DNA from: a virus
Lineage: Duplodnaviria > Heunggongvirae > Uroviricota > Caudoviricetes
Reading direction: 5' to 3' (one strand)
Length of the DNA stretch: 64,000 nucleotides
Virus record (IMG/VR): IMGVR_UViG_3300036885_000228
Span: 30,368 to 94,367 of that record
The notes below the pieces were generated by a model that saw only the letters and a program-made list of their open reading frames with translations, did no database searches and had not been told where the DNA came from. Each line of letters opens with the position of its first letter. The first letter of the stretch is position 1. The position numbers and the translations under genes were made by a program. Shown one piece after another: positions 19,991 to 29,112 of this stretch.

Positions 19991-20215
19991 ATGACTATAT
20001 ACGATAAAATTAGAGAGATTTCAGGAATGTCTATTTCTGGAATTGACGAAGATCAAAATATTGAATGGATTGGGACTGATGTTCAAATGAAGAAAGCCGA
20101 AGACATAATAGAAAAATATGATAATGGAGATTTAGATAGTGATGAAATTGAAGAAATTTGGGAAGCATTAGGAGAAGATTTACCTGAAGATAAAATAAAC
20201 TTACCAAATAACTAA
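19991..20215 (+). CDS. Hypothetical acidic early protein
   Basis: 74-aa ORF with a D/E-rich C-terminus. Confidence 0.35.
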   Translation: MTIYDKIREISGMSISGIDEDQNIEWIGTDVQMKKAEDIIEKYDNGDLDSDEIEEIWEALGEDLPEDKINLPNN

Positions 20216-20216
20216 T

Positions 20217-20486
20217 ATGAAACGTTTAGAGATAAGCCAAAAGGCTAGAACTGAAATAAAAGAAAAGTATTCTGAAGTATTAAAGTCAGATGATAAAGAA
20301 GTTTGGAAATCTGCAATTATGAAAATCAAAATTGAACTTGCAGAAATTGATGAAAAGAAAAAGACTCTTGCAATTGAAGATACAAAAATACTTTCTAGTT
20401 TTAGAAGGGGATATATACTTAATAAAGTATTATATATCATACTTGATAAATTTGGAAAAAAATTCATCAAGCCAAAATATTTATGA
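20217..20486 (+). CDS. Hypothetical early protein
   Basis: 89-aa ORF. Its start overlaps the previous stop (TAATATGA). Confidence 0.35.
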   Translation: MKRLEISQKARTEIKEKYSEVLKSDDKEVWKSAIMKIKIELAEIDEKKKTLAIEDTKILSSFRRGYILNKVLYIILDKFGKKFIKPKYL

Positions 20487-20668
20487 AACCAGATTGCTAC
20501 AATTGTAAATTTAGACGAGATATTCCAGGTGATGCACATTCTTGTTGTTCTAATTCAAAAGCAAAGGTCAAAGGTGATAGTTATGGAAAGGGTCAAGGTT
20601 GGTTTTTGTGGCCTTTTAATTTTGATCCTACCTGGCTTGAAAGTTGTAATGGTTTTGAAAAGAAATAA
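20483..20668 (+). CDS. Small Cys-rich protein
   Basis: 61 aa. CYNCKF..HSCC. Confidence 0.35.
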   Translation: MKPDCYNCKFRRDIPGDAHSCCSNSKAKVKGDSYGKGQGWFLWPFNFDPTWLESCNGFEKK

Positions 20669-20686
20669 TTAAGTAATTATATTTGT

Positions 20687-21061
20687 ATGAATATTGTACA
20701 TGTTGAAGAAGTTCTAACTGAACAAGAATTACTTTCATTAGATTCAAAATGCTTAAAAGACAGTGAAGTCATTTGTCTGAATTGTGGTAATAAAGCTGAC
20801 AAAATTCAAGATGATGCTAAAATGAATAAATGGAAATGTAGTTTTTGTGGATCTGGTGGATTGATGAAACATTATCGTTCTGAATTCAAAGAGCAAGTCG
20901 ACAAAGGTAAACTATCATTACGAGTAGGTTCAATCATCCAGAACAATCTGGGAGGTTTAGGGATTATCGACATGATCGTTGGTGAGATGATATATTTTCA
21001 TAATGGTGGTGCATCAGGAATGCATTCAATGTATTTAATTCGTAATGTAATAAAATTTTAA
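20687..21061 (+). CDS. Zinc-ribbon protein
   Basis: 124 aa. CLNCGN..x17..CSFCGSGG. Confidence 0.4.
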   Translation: MNIVHVEEVLTEQELLSLDSKCLKDSEVICLNCGNKADKIQDDAKMNKWKCSFCGSGGLMKHYRSEFKEQVDKGKLSLRVGSIIQNNLGGLGIIDMIVGEMIYFHNGGASGMHSMYLIRNVIKF

Positions 21062-21065
21062 ATTT

Positions 21066-21260
21066 ATGAATTATCAATTACTTTGGTTTGTACCTGCTTT
21101 ACTTATTTATCTTTTTATTTGGTATAAAGTTATTGAATCAGCAATTAAAGATTCTGATACTGATGCACTTAATAGTTGGATATTTCTGAACATTGTAATA
21201 GTGTCAACAACTTGTACACTTATTGGTATATTGAGTATATTCAAAATAATAAAATTTTAA
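21066..21260 (+). CDS. Small membrane protein
   Basis: 64 aa with two hydrophobic helices. Confidence 0.35.
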   Translation: MNYQLLWFVPALLIYLFIWYKVIESAIKDSDTDALNSWIFLNIVIVSTTCTLIGILSIFKIIKF

Positions 21261-21264
21261 AAAT

Positions 21265-21501
21265 ATGCCAAGCAATTATAAAACATCAAAACTAAATCGA
21301 AGAAAGATATATGATTATATTGAAATTCTTCTTAATCGAAAATTAATTGAAACAGAAATTATAACATTATCAAAACTAATCAGAGAAACAATTACGGTTC
21401 AAAGTTTAAATTTATTACATGAGAATAGACTAATAATTAAAAAAGTAACACGCCTTAAAAAATACGTTTATCAACATCTAAAAGGATGGAAAACTAAATA
21501 A
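21265..21501 (+). CDS. Hypothetical basic protein
   Basis: 78-aa ORF. Confidence 0.35.
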   Translation: MPSNYKTSKLNRRKIYDYIEILLNRKLIETEIITLSKLIRETITVQSLNLLHENRLIIKKVTRLKKYVYQHLKGWKTK

Positions 21502-21502
21502 T

Positions 21503-22801
21503 ATGATATCAATTTCAAAAGATGCTAATAAAAATTATCTTGCAAAAATTGTAAGATTAGAAGGACTCAAAAAACATTCAAATGCTGACAAACTTCAAAC
21601 TGTCATTATTGATTTTCAGACAGTTATTACTGACATGAATGCAAAAGATGGAGATCTTTATGTGTTTTTTCCTCTTGAATGTCAGATTAACTTTGAATTT
21701 CTTGCACAAAATAATTCTTTTCGAGATAAAGAATTAAACAAAGATAAAACTCAATCTGGATTCTTTGAGAAGAATTGTCGAGTACGTGCAATGAAACTCA
21801 GAGGTGAAAGATCAATGGGCTATATAGTACCTATATCTGTAGTAGAAAAATTTACTAGAGATCATCTGAGTGACAGGGTTGGTAAAGAATTTGATACAAT
21901 TAATGACATTTTGTTGTTAAAGAAGTATGTTACGGTAGTTTCTCAGTCACAGCAAAGATTTCAAGGTAAGAAACCTCGAATTTCTAGACTTGTAGAAAAC
22001 CAATATCGGTTGCATATTGAAACAGAAAATCTTAAAAAGAATGCTTTTATGATTAAACCACAAGATGAGATAATGTTGAGTTACAAACTTCATGGGACCT
22101 CATTCATTGTCGGTCATGTGTTAGGTAAGAAAAAATTAAATATAATCGAGAAGACATTCAAAATATTAGGCATCAAAATTCTTGATACTGAATATGACTA
22201 TTTTTATGGAAGTAGAAAAGTTGTAAAGAATGAATTCGAGACTAAATTCAAAAATGATTTCTATGATGGAGACCTTTGGTTAGATATCAAAGACGAACTT
22301 AAAGACAAAATACCAAAGGGTTATACCGTCTATGGTGAATGTGTTGGATATACTAAAGGAGGCAAATATATTCAAACTCAATATGATTACGGGTGTGCAA
22401 TGGGACAAAAGAAATGTTATGTTTATAGAATTACTCATACGAATATAGATGGATATGTTGTAGATTTGTCAACTAATCAAATACGTGAATTCTGCATAAA
22501 GTATGGATTGAATTATATTCATGTATTTTTTCAAGGTCAAGCAGGAGAATTATATCCCGAACTCAATCCTGAGGAGTATTGGCATGAAGAGTTCATAAAA
22601 AATCTCGAAAGAGATTATACCGACAAAGATTGTTTCATGTGTAAAAATAAAGTTGCTGAAGAAGGAATTGTTCTACGAAAAGAAGGATTATTCTCTTTTG
22701 AAGCATATAAACTTAAATCGTTTCGTTTTTATGAATGGGAAACTTCTCAATTAGACAAAGAAGTTACTCGTCTTGAAGACGTGACTGGTTTTGACAATTA
22801 G
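21503..22801 (+). CDS. RNA ligase (Rnl2-like KxHG nucleotidyltransferase) with N-terminal tRNA-binding OB domain (Myf/CsaA/EMAP-like)
   Basis: N-terminus ..KKHSNADKLQTVIIDF..NAKDGDLYVFFPLEC..KLRGERSMGYIV matches the tRNA_bind signature (HPxADKL...GD.V..A..G...K.RG..S.GML). Motif I SYKLHGTSF resembles the T4 Rnl2 EKIHGTNF. Later ..YGECVGY.. and ..EEGIVLRKEG.. resemble motifs IV and V. Confidence 0.6.
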   Translation: MISISKDANKNYLAKIVRLEGLKKHSNADKLQTVIIDFQTVITDMNAKDGDLYVFFPLECQINFEFLAQNNSFRDKELNKDKTQSGFFEKNCRVRAMKLRGERSMGYIVPISVVEKFTRDHLSDRVGKEFDTINDILLLKKYVTVVSQSQQRFQGKKPRISRLVENQYRLHIETENLKKNAFMIKPQDEIMLSYKLHGTSFIVGHVLGKKKLNIIEKTFKILGIKILDTEYDYFYGSRKVVKNEFETKFKNDFYDGDLWLDIKDELKDKIPKGYTVYGECVGYTKGGKYIQTQYDYGCAMGQKKCYVYRITHTNIDGYVVDLSTNQIREFCIKYGLNYIHVFFQGQAGELYPELNPEEYWHEEFIKNLERDYTDKDCFMCKNKVAEEGIVLRKEGLFSFEAYKLKSFRFYEWETSQLDKEVTRLEDVTGFDN

Positions 22802-23132
22802 TATGAAATTTACAGTATCAAAGGATCCAGTTGAATTATTAAGAAGATGTGGATATGTACAATATGGTCAAAATACTTATTCATATCAGAAGAAAATAAA
22901 GTTTGGTCAATTTCATGCAGTGATAGAATATAATGCAAGAATTATTCATTTGCATATTGATAAAGAAAATGATAGAGGAACATTTGACCATCATGATACA
23001 ATTCAAAATAATTTAGAAGTAGTCAATGAATCAATAAAGATAAAGAATCAACAGAGAACAGAAAAAGAAATTAGATATGAAGATAAATATAATCTTTCTG
23101 CTTGGAAACGAGCATGGAAACAATCAAAATGA
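22791..23132 (+). CDS. Hypothetical protein
   Basis: 113-aa ORF. Confidence 0.35.
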   Translation: MTISMKFTVSKDPVELLRRCGYVQYGQNTYSYQKKIKFGQFHAVIEYNARIIHLHIDKENDRGTFDHHDTIQNNLEVVNESIKIKNQQRTEKEIRYEDKYNLSAWKRAWKQSK

Positions 23133-23383
23133 AAGGATATTGGATGACACAAAATGGAGATGAAATAAAATATAAACAATTAAAAGATAGTCATCTTTTA
23201 AATATTTTAAAATGGATTAACAGAAGAGCAGATGAAGGAATGATAATTGAATATGGAGGAGGAGGAATTGACATTGAAGATTTATGGTATGATAGTGAAG
23301 AAATAAAAGGACAAAAAGTTTTAGAGTATTATGATTACGAGGATTTATTAAAAGAAGCTAAAAAAAGATTATTAATACACTAA
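23102..23383 (+). CDS. Hypothetical protein
   Basis: 93-aa ORF. Confidence 0.35.
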   Translation: METSMETIKMKGYWMTQNGDEIKYKQLKDSHLLNILKWINRRADEGMIIEYGGGGIDIEDLWYDSEEIKGQKVLEYYDYEDLLKEAKKRLLIH

Positions 23384-23384
23384 T

Positions 23385-23870
23385 ATGAAATATTTTTTTA
23401 CAAGTGATGAACATTTTGGACATATGAGGATAATTGAATATTGTAATCGTCCATTTAAAGATGTGAAAGAGATGGATGATGAGATAATCAAAAGATTTAA
23501 TTCTGTAGTTTCTCAAGAAGACATAACTTATCATCTTGGAGATTTTACTTTTAGAAAGAAAAATGAAGCAGAAAATTATATCAGACGAATGCATGGCCAA
23601 CATATTTTTATAAAGGGGTCTCACGATTATTGGGCAGAAAAAGACAATTTACCATATATAATTGAAACTAAAATTGATGATGTACAATTAGTATTATGTC
23701 ATTATCCACTTAAGTCGTGGCCTGCATCATTTCATGGGAGTGTAAACATATTTGGTCATGAACATGGTGTATTAACGAATTTAGAACCTAGACAACTTGA
23801 TGTTGGAGTTGATACTAATAATTTCTATCCTTATTCACTAGAAGACGTAATCAAAAAATTAAAATTATGA
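23385..23870 (+). CDS. Calcineurin-like metallophosphoesterase
   Basis: Motifs FTSDEHFGH, HLGDF, GSHDYW and FGHEHG. Confidence 0.7.
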   Translation: MKYFFTSDEHFGHMRIIEYCNRPFKDVKEMDDEIIKRFNSVVSQEDITYHLGDFTFRKKNEAENYIRRMHGQHIFIKGSHDYWAEKDNLPYIIETKIDDVQLVLCHYPLKSWPASFHGSVNIFGHEHGVLTNLEPRQLDVGVDTNNFYPYSLEDVIKKLKL

Positions 23871-24187
23871 AAATAGCATTCGATGTTGATGACACGATTT
23901 GGAAAATTGATGTAAAACATAAAAGACAAGTTCCTGATTATGACTTGATACAAGTTCTTAGATGGTTTTCAAATAATGGTGACGAAGTATTTGTCTGGTC
24001 TGCCGGGGGTCTTGATTATGCTCAGATGATTGTTGACAAACTAGGTTTGACTGATTCAGTTAAAGTTATACCAAAGGGAAAATTTGGAGATAAACAATTA
24101 GACATTGATTTGACTTTTGATGATGATGAATTTGAACAAATTGGGAAAGTGAATGTAATTGTAAAACGACCTAAATATAATGAGTAA
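23867..24187 (+). CDS. Small HAD-superfamily phosphatase-like protein
   Basis: AFDVDDTIW (DxDxT motif I), then ..VWSAGG.. and ..KGKFGDK..DIDLTFDDD. Confidence 0.5.
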   Translation: MKIAFDVDDTIWKIDVKHKRQVPDYDLIQVLRWFSNNGDEVFVWSAGGLDYAQMIVDKLGLTDSVKVIPKGKFGDKQLDIDLTFDDDEFEQIGKVNVIVKRPKYNE

Positions 24188-24194
24188 TGTTATG

Positions 24195-24350
24195 ATAAAA
24201 AATCAAATATGCAATAGAATTGGTTGTAATAAAGAAATTGAAGGAGAAGGAATCATAACTTCAGTCGGTATTTTTTGTTCTGAAGAATGTAGAAAAGAAA
24301 TAGAGAAAAAGCTAATTAAATTATTTATAGATTTTCCAATTAATTTATGA
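24195..24350 (+). CDS. Small zinc-ribbon protein (51 aa, below cutoff)
   Basis: MIKNQICNRIGCNKEIEGEGIITSVGIFCSEECRKEIEKKLIKLFIDFPINL. Its stop overlaps the Pnk start (ATGA). Confidence 0.35.
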   Translation: MKNQICNRIGCNKEIEGEGIITSVGIFCSEECRKEIEKKLIKLFIDFPINL

Positions 24351-25213
24351 AACAGAAAATAATAATGACAAAAGGATTAATTGCATCAGGAAAAACGACT
24401 TGGGCAAAAGAGCAAGTAAAGAAAAGTAATGGAAAAATTAAAAGAATAAATAAGGATGATTTAAGACAGATGTTGCATAATTCTGAATATCCTATTTGGA
24501 AAGAAGACAAAGATAGATTTATCTTAGATGCTAGAGATGCATTAATCAAACAGTCAATACTTTCAGGATTTTCTATTATCGTCGATGATACAAATTTCAA
24601 TCCATTTCATGAAAAACGATTAAAAGTACTTGCTATAGAACTTAATGCCGATTTCGAGATCAATGATAGTTTTTTGAATGTACCATTGAGTGTATGTATT
24701 GAACGAGATTTTAAAAGAGAAAAACCTGTAGGAAATAAAGTCATTTCTGAAATGTATAACAAATATGTCAAAGGTCGAGAATATATTCAAAAAGATGAAT
24801 CATTACCTAAAGCAATAATTTGTGACATTGATGGAACACTAGCACTTTCAACTGGAAGAAATATTTTTGACTGGTCAAAAGTACACACAGATGAAGTGAA
24901 TCACATGGTTGCTAGAGTAATTAATCTATTCAAAAAAGAAGGATATAAAATTCTTATCACTACTGGAAGAGATGGTGAATGTGAAGAACAAACTAAAAAA
25001 TGGTTGAAAGATAATCTAATTGATTTTGATGAATATTATACTCGTCCTGCTGGAAATAATGAAAAAGATTGCATAATCAAAGAGAGAATTTATCGTCAAG
25101 AAATTTTACTAAAGTACAATGTGATATTGTGTCTTGATGACAGGAACCAGGTAGTTGAGACTTGGCGTAAATTAGGTTTAGAATGCTGGCAGGTTCAGGA
25201 CGGGTCATTTTAA
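24347..25213 (+). CDS. pseT: Polynucleotide 5'-kinase/3'-phosphatase (T4 Pnk-like)
   Basis: P-loop GLIASGKTTWA. HAD motif ICDIDGTLA. The C-terminus ..LCLDDRNQVVETWRKLGLECWQVQDGSF closely parallels the T4 Pnk C-terminus ..[25 protein letters not shown]. Confidence 0.85.
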   Translation: MKQKIIMTKGLIASGKTTWAKEQVKKSNGKIKRINKDDLRQMLHNSEYPIWKEDKDRFILDARDALIKQSILSGFSIIVDDTNFNPFHEKRLKVLAIELNADFEINDSFLNVPLSVCIERDFKREKPVGNKVISEMYNKYVKGREYIQKDESLPKAIICDIDGTLALSTGRNIFDWSKVHTDEVNHMVARVINLFKKEGYKILITTGRDGECEEQTKKWLKDNLIDFDEYYTRPAGNNEKDCIIKERIYRQEILLKYNVILCLDDRNQVVETWRKLGLECWQVQDGSF

Positions 25214-25495
25214 TTTGTAAATGTTAGAAAGAATGACATCTGGATGACATCTAGAAAGGAAAACTAGACAAAATATAGGAATATATGACTGACATATAGA
25301 CCAATATCTGACATCAATCTGATGACAACAGAATAATACTGAATCTTAACTTATAGAATATATGATACTAGAATCCGTTAAACTAGAAAGTTATTAACTT
25401 TTCATGAACACTTGAATTTTTTTTATTTATAAATGTTTGTAAGATTCACTGTTAATAACTTCTAGACTTGTTTAATATTAAACAAAAATTCACCT

Positions 25496-25524
25496 ATTTA
25501 CAAACACTTATAAATTTGTTATAA
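25496..25524 (+). promoter_or_regulatory. Promoter TTTACA-N17-TATAAT inside conserved element copy B
   Basis: TTTACA 25496-25501, TATAAT 25519-25524. Element B spans about 25387-25527. It points into an ORF-free region. Confidence 0.6.
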
Positions 25525-25530
25525 TGAATC

Positions 25531-26360
25531 TATACAGTTAAATAAGTTCATTGATACTTTCTACTGGTCAAACCTTTCTAGGGTGATTGGTAAAAGTTTT
25601 GAAAATACAGAGAGTACAACATAGAGATAGAAACCATTTTTCGGCTTAGTCCGAAAACCAGTCTCATAGTTGTACTTTCCACTCTTTTCAGAACATTACA
25701 ATATTAGTCTATTAATTGTCATTCTTAATTGCTGGAGATTATGTCAAAAGCTCCCTGGTAAGTCCTGCAGGACTGAACGGGCAAGGGTATGACATCATGC
25801 ATATCATTTAAGAATGTCAACTAGTAGATTAAGTACTTTTCAAATGTGGGATTTTGAGGCGTTGTTGATAGGTTGCTTATGCGTAAAAGACTGTTAAGTT
25901 CAAACTCAAACTTATCAGTTGCCTATCTGTAAAAAGGAGAAAGTAAGAATAGGGGATACCTTATTTTTATATAGCTCCACCGCAAAAGGATTTAGCGACA
26001 AAGAGTTTGAGTCGCCAGTAGGGGCACCCGAGAAAATCTCTCAAACCCTCACATTTGCAAGGTACAGGTAAGTTCTTTAATGGAAGAAAAAATACAGTGA
26101 AACCCAACTCAAGATGAGCGGTTCTCGCTAATCAAAGTTGCAACTAAGATTAGTAAACTGTACATAAAAAATCTAACTCCCCGTCAAAGGAGAGAGATGA
26201 TACACCTTCCTGAAATGCCTTTAAAATAATCCTGCTTTTTTTAGCAATAGGTTTGGCTGTCAATTGGGACCTATCATCTATGTGGAACGTTAAGGCGGTC
26301 GGCATGGTTTTGAAAAATTAAATCAACGACTTAGCTGTTCTATTCTTCCATTAAAGAATT
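25531..26360 (+). ncRNA. Candidate large structured noncoding RNA (unclassified)
   Basis: ~0.85 kb with no ORF of 60 aa or more on either strand, in a genome that is otherwise about 95% coding. Visibly GC-richer than its flanks. Many local hairpins (e.g. gtcctgcaggac, agcgacaaagagtttgagtcgc, tgacat..atgtca, gtttgc/gcaaac-like). A strong promoter lies immediately upstream. Confidence 0.4.
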
Positions 26361-26382
26361 TATCAAAATCAAAACAAAAATT

Positions 26383-26868
26383 ATGAAAAAGAGTATTACA
26401 ATTGAACTTATCATTTTAGGAGTTCTATTATTTCCAGTTTTTACATCATTTGCTGATGAGTCAGACAATTATTACAGAGCACATTTACCAATGAATCGAA
26501 GTATTCTCCCAAGATCACATGACAAACCTTATCGTATTAGTGATAAGAAATTAGTTACTGAATTTCCAGCAATAATTACAGCATACAATCTTGGAGACGT
26601 AAATCAAAATGATAGTACTCCTTGCACCGGTGCTTTTAATGAAGATCTCTGTAATTCAATAAATAATGGAGAACTCTTGGTTGCTAATAATTATTATTTA
26701 CCAGGTACATTAGTCTGTATTGACAAAGTTGGCTGCGGACGTATTGCAGATCGAATGAATTCACGTTATGACAAAGATCATTTTGATATTGCAATGTCAA
26801 AAGATGATTATCTAAAAGCTATCAAATTTGGTGCACCGAAATTAATTGTTAGAATTTATAAAAAATAA
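26383..26868 (+). CDS. Secreted 3D-domain protein (MltA/YuiC-like)
   Basis: N-terminal signal peptide. C-terminus ..YYLPGTLVCIDKVGCGRIADRMNSRYDKDHFDIAMSKDDYLKAIKFG fits the conserved-Asp 3D domain pattern. Confidence 0.55.
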   Translation: MKKSITIELIILGVLLFPVFTSFADESDNYYRAHLPMNRSILPRSHDKPYRISDKKLVTEFPAIITAYNLGDVNQNDSTPCTGAFNEDLCNSINNGELLVANNYYLPGTLVCIDKVGCGRIADRMNSRYDKDHFDIAMSKDDYLKAIKFGAPKLIVRIYKK

Positions 26869-27166
26869 TACGTCAAAACTATATTATACTCCTCCTGATT
26901 CTAAATTGTTTGATGAATTAAAGTCAAAAGCAATGGAGTTATGGAAAATTGTAGATACAGATAATGACAAATATGGTTATGCAACTGAAAAAATTAGTCA
27001 GATAAAAGACCTTCAGAATGTTGGAGATAATTTTATGTATATTGTAGCAATGTTCGATTCTGGGAATCAAAGATTGTTAGCAGGTTTAATTGATGATGAA
27101 ACAAAATTATCAGTCAGAAAAAGAATGATTGATGGAGGAATGCTAGAAGAATTAATTTACTTTTAA
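26846..27166 (+). CDS. Hypothetical protein
   Basis: 106-aa ORF. Confidence 0.35.
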   Translation: MLEFIKNNTSKLYYTPPDSKLFDELKSKAMELWKIVDTDNDKYGYATEKISQIKDLQNVGDNFMYIVAMFDSGNQRLLAGLIDDETKLSVRKRMIDGGMLEELIYF

Positions 27167-27170
27167 TTAT

Positions 27171-27359
27171 ATGTCAATAGTTCAAATTGTAATGATATCT
27201 CTCATTGTAAGTTGTATGATTTTTGTGTCATACGACTTAGGTTGTTTATGGGGTTTAAAACGAGAAAAAAAAGTAATCGAAATACTGGGAGAAACAATTA
27301 ATGAATGGAAAAAAAGTACTGACTATTTTATTAAAGTCATTAATGATTTAACAAAATAA
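27171..27359 (+). CDS. Small single-TM membrane protein
   Basis: 62 aa with an N-terminal hydrophobic helix. Confidence 0.35.
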   Translation: MSIVQIVMISLIVSCMIFVSYDLGCLWGLKREKKVIEILGETINEWKKSTDYFIKVINDLTK

Positions 27360-27363
27360 TTTT

Positions 27364-27543
27364 ATGTCACAACCAATTAAAGATTTATCAAAAGAAGAAT
27401 TAGCAACATTATTTGAGATGTTAGATTATTTATGTTCAAAGATTGATTTTAGTAAAACTTTTTTAGATAATACTGCAATTATATCAATGAATGTATTATT
27501 TCGAGAACTTAGAAAGGATGAACGTAAATTCAACATTGAATAA
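27364..27543 (+). CDS. Small protein (59 aa, below cutoff)
   Basis: ATG 27364 to TAA 27541-27543. Confidence 0.25.
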   Translation: MSQPIKDLSKEELATLFEMLDYLCSKIDFSKTFLDNTAIISMNVLFRELRKDERKFNIE

Positions 27544-27712
27544 TATGGATATTTTTAGAACAAGAATTCTTTGATAAATTAGCAGGAAAATTAGAAGAAC
27601 TATTCCCAAAACATCAATGTAAAGAGAGAAGTCAAGCTTTAGTTTTGAATGCATTTGCTAATTTATTTTTTAGAGAATTAATCAAAAAATAAATGACAAA
27701 AAGTTATAGGTA

Positions 27713-27741
27713 TTTACAAATATTTATAAATATGTTATAAT
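27713..27741 (+). promoter_or_regulatory. Promoter TTTACA-N17-TATAAT
   Basis: TTTACA 27713-27718, TATAAT 27736-27741. Upstream of the ParB-like gene. Confidence 0.55.
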
Positions 27742-27804
27742 GTAAATATAATTAAATAATTGATTGCATTTGATGATTAAATCAAACAATCAAAACTAAA
27801 AACT

Positions 27805-28689
27805 ATGTGTGCAAAACTCGTGTATGAAAACAGTATCAAGATTGTACCATTGGAAAAACTTTTTCCAGACCCAAAACAACCAAGAAAAGAGTTCTTTGAG
27901 AAAGAAATGAAGAAATTACAAATGTCAATCAAAGACAGAGGAATCATGACTCCAATAGTTGTGGAGAAAATGAAAGATGGAAAGTATCTAATTGTCGATG
28001 GTGAAAGACGTTATCGGAGTGCTAAATTTCTTGGAATGAAAGAAGTTCCAATAAATATTATCACTGAGGACTTGGATGATGTAGACAGAAACATTGTCAG
28101 ATTTCAATTGCAGGAAACACATTCGCAATGGACTGTAATGGAAAAAGCTCAAGCAATTCTATTGCTTAAACAAGCATTAGATTTAACTACAAAAGATTTA
28201 GCAAAAGCTATTGGTATTCCAGAAGCAACTGTTTCACAGTATTTAATGCTTTTAGATTTTTCACCAAGAGTTAAAAGTATTCTCATTGAAATGAATATGA
28301 GAATGTCGTATATTCTTGCTTTATCTTCAATGCATAAAGTTTTTCCGGTTGAAATTTCAAAGAAATATCCAGATTACGTTGAATTAGCAATTGACAAGTT
28401 CAAAAATGGTTATATCAAAACTTACAAAGACTACATTGATATCCGTCGGTTGATTTTAGCAGGTGAATATAAATACGTCGAAAAATGGTTAACTAATAAG
28501 ACGTATACTTCTGATCAGGCAATGAATGATTCGACTTTCAATTTAAGTGTAAGAGTTGAGAAAGCAATACATAAAGCAAAAGGTGTAATTCGTGAACTTT
28601 CTGTTATTCATAAGAATAAATTGAAAATTTCTGAATTTGACATTTTAGTTTTGACGAAATTAAGAGACGAAATAAACCAACTAATTTAG
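27805..28689 (+). CDS. ParB/Sulfiredoxin-domain protein (ParB-like nuclease/partition)
   Basis: ..MTPIVVEKMKDGKYLIVDGERRYRSAKFLG.. carries the classic ParB N-terminal GERR motif. Confidence 0.7.
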   Translation: MCAKLVYENSIKIVPLEKLFPDPKQPRKEFFEKEMKKLQMSIKDRGIMTPIVVEKMKDGKYLIVDGERRYRSAKFLGMKEVPINIITEDLDDVDRNIVRFQLQETHSQWTVMEKAQAILLLKQALDLTTKDLAKAIGIPEATVSQYLMLLDFSPRVKSILIEMNMRMSYILALSSMHKVFPVEISKKYPDYVELAIDKFKNGYIKTYKDYIDIRRLILAGEYKYVEKWLTNKTYTSDQAMNDSTFNLSVRVEKAIHKAKGVIRELSVIHKNKLKISEFDILVLTKLRDEINQLI

Positions 28690-28699
28690 GAGGTGACGA

Positions 28700-28963
28700 A
28701 TGGAGTTCAATTTCCCAAGGATCAAAGATTTGCAATCGTCAAAAGTGCAAATCAGTAAGATTGTTGATGAATTGAATGAATTACGGGTCGAACTTGACAA
28801 AAGAGATATTGACAAGTCGACAATTGAATTAATCGATGTATTACATGCCACTGAATCATTAGTTCGAATTTTTATGGAACAATTCAGTATACCATTGTCT
28901 CAAATCGATTTATTCATTCAACGTGTGAAAAGTAAAAATCAAAATAGGGGGTATTACTCTTGA
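28700..28963 (+). CDS. Hypothetical protein
   Basis: 87-aa ORF with an RBS-like GGAGGTG upstream. Confidence 0.4.
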   Translation: MEFNFPRIKDLQSSKVQISKIVDELNELRVELDKRDIDKSTIELIDVLHATESLVRIFMEQFSIPLSQIDLFIQRVKSKNQNRGYYS

Positions 28964-29112
28964 TACCCCTTTTCAATTTATGAGTAACATTATTGAAGAT
29001 TCATTATCACATATTCAAAAATGTAAAGAAGACAGTAATTGTTCGTCATGTGGACAAAAAGTGACGTATGATAGTTTTAAAGATAATTTGTCAAGAAAAG
29101 AATACACATTGA

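Noticed and set aside
25531-26360. Group I intron or tmRNA identity for the large noncoding region
   Set aside because: I could not find the P/Q/R/S elements in the correct order on either strand. No tmRNA tag-reading frame or tRNA-like ends. No interrupted host gene flanks it. Left as an unclassified structured RNA candidate.
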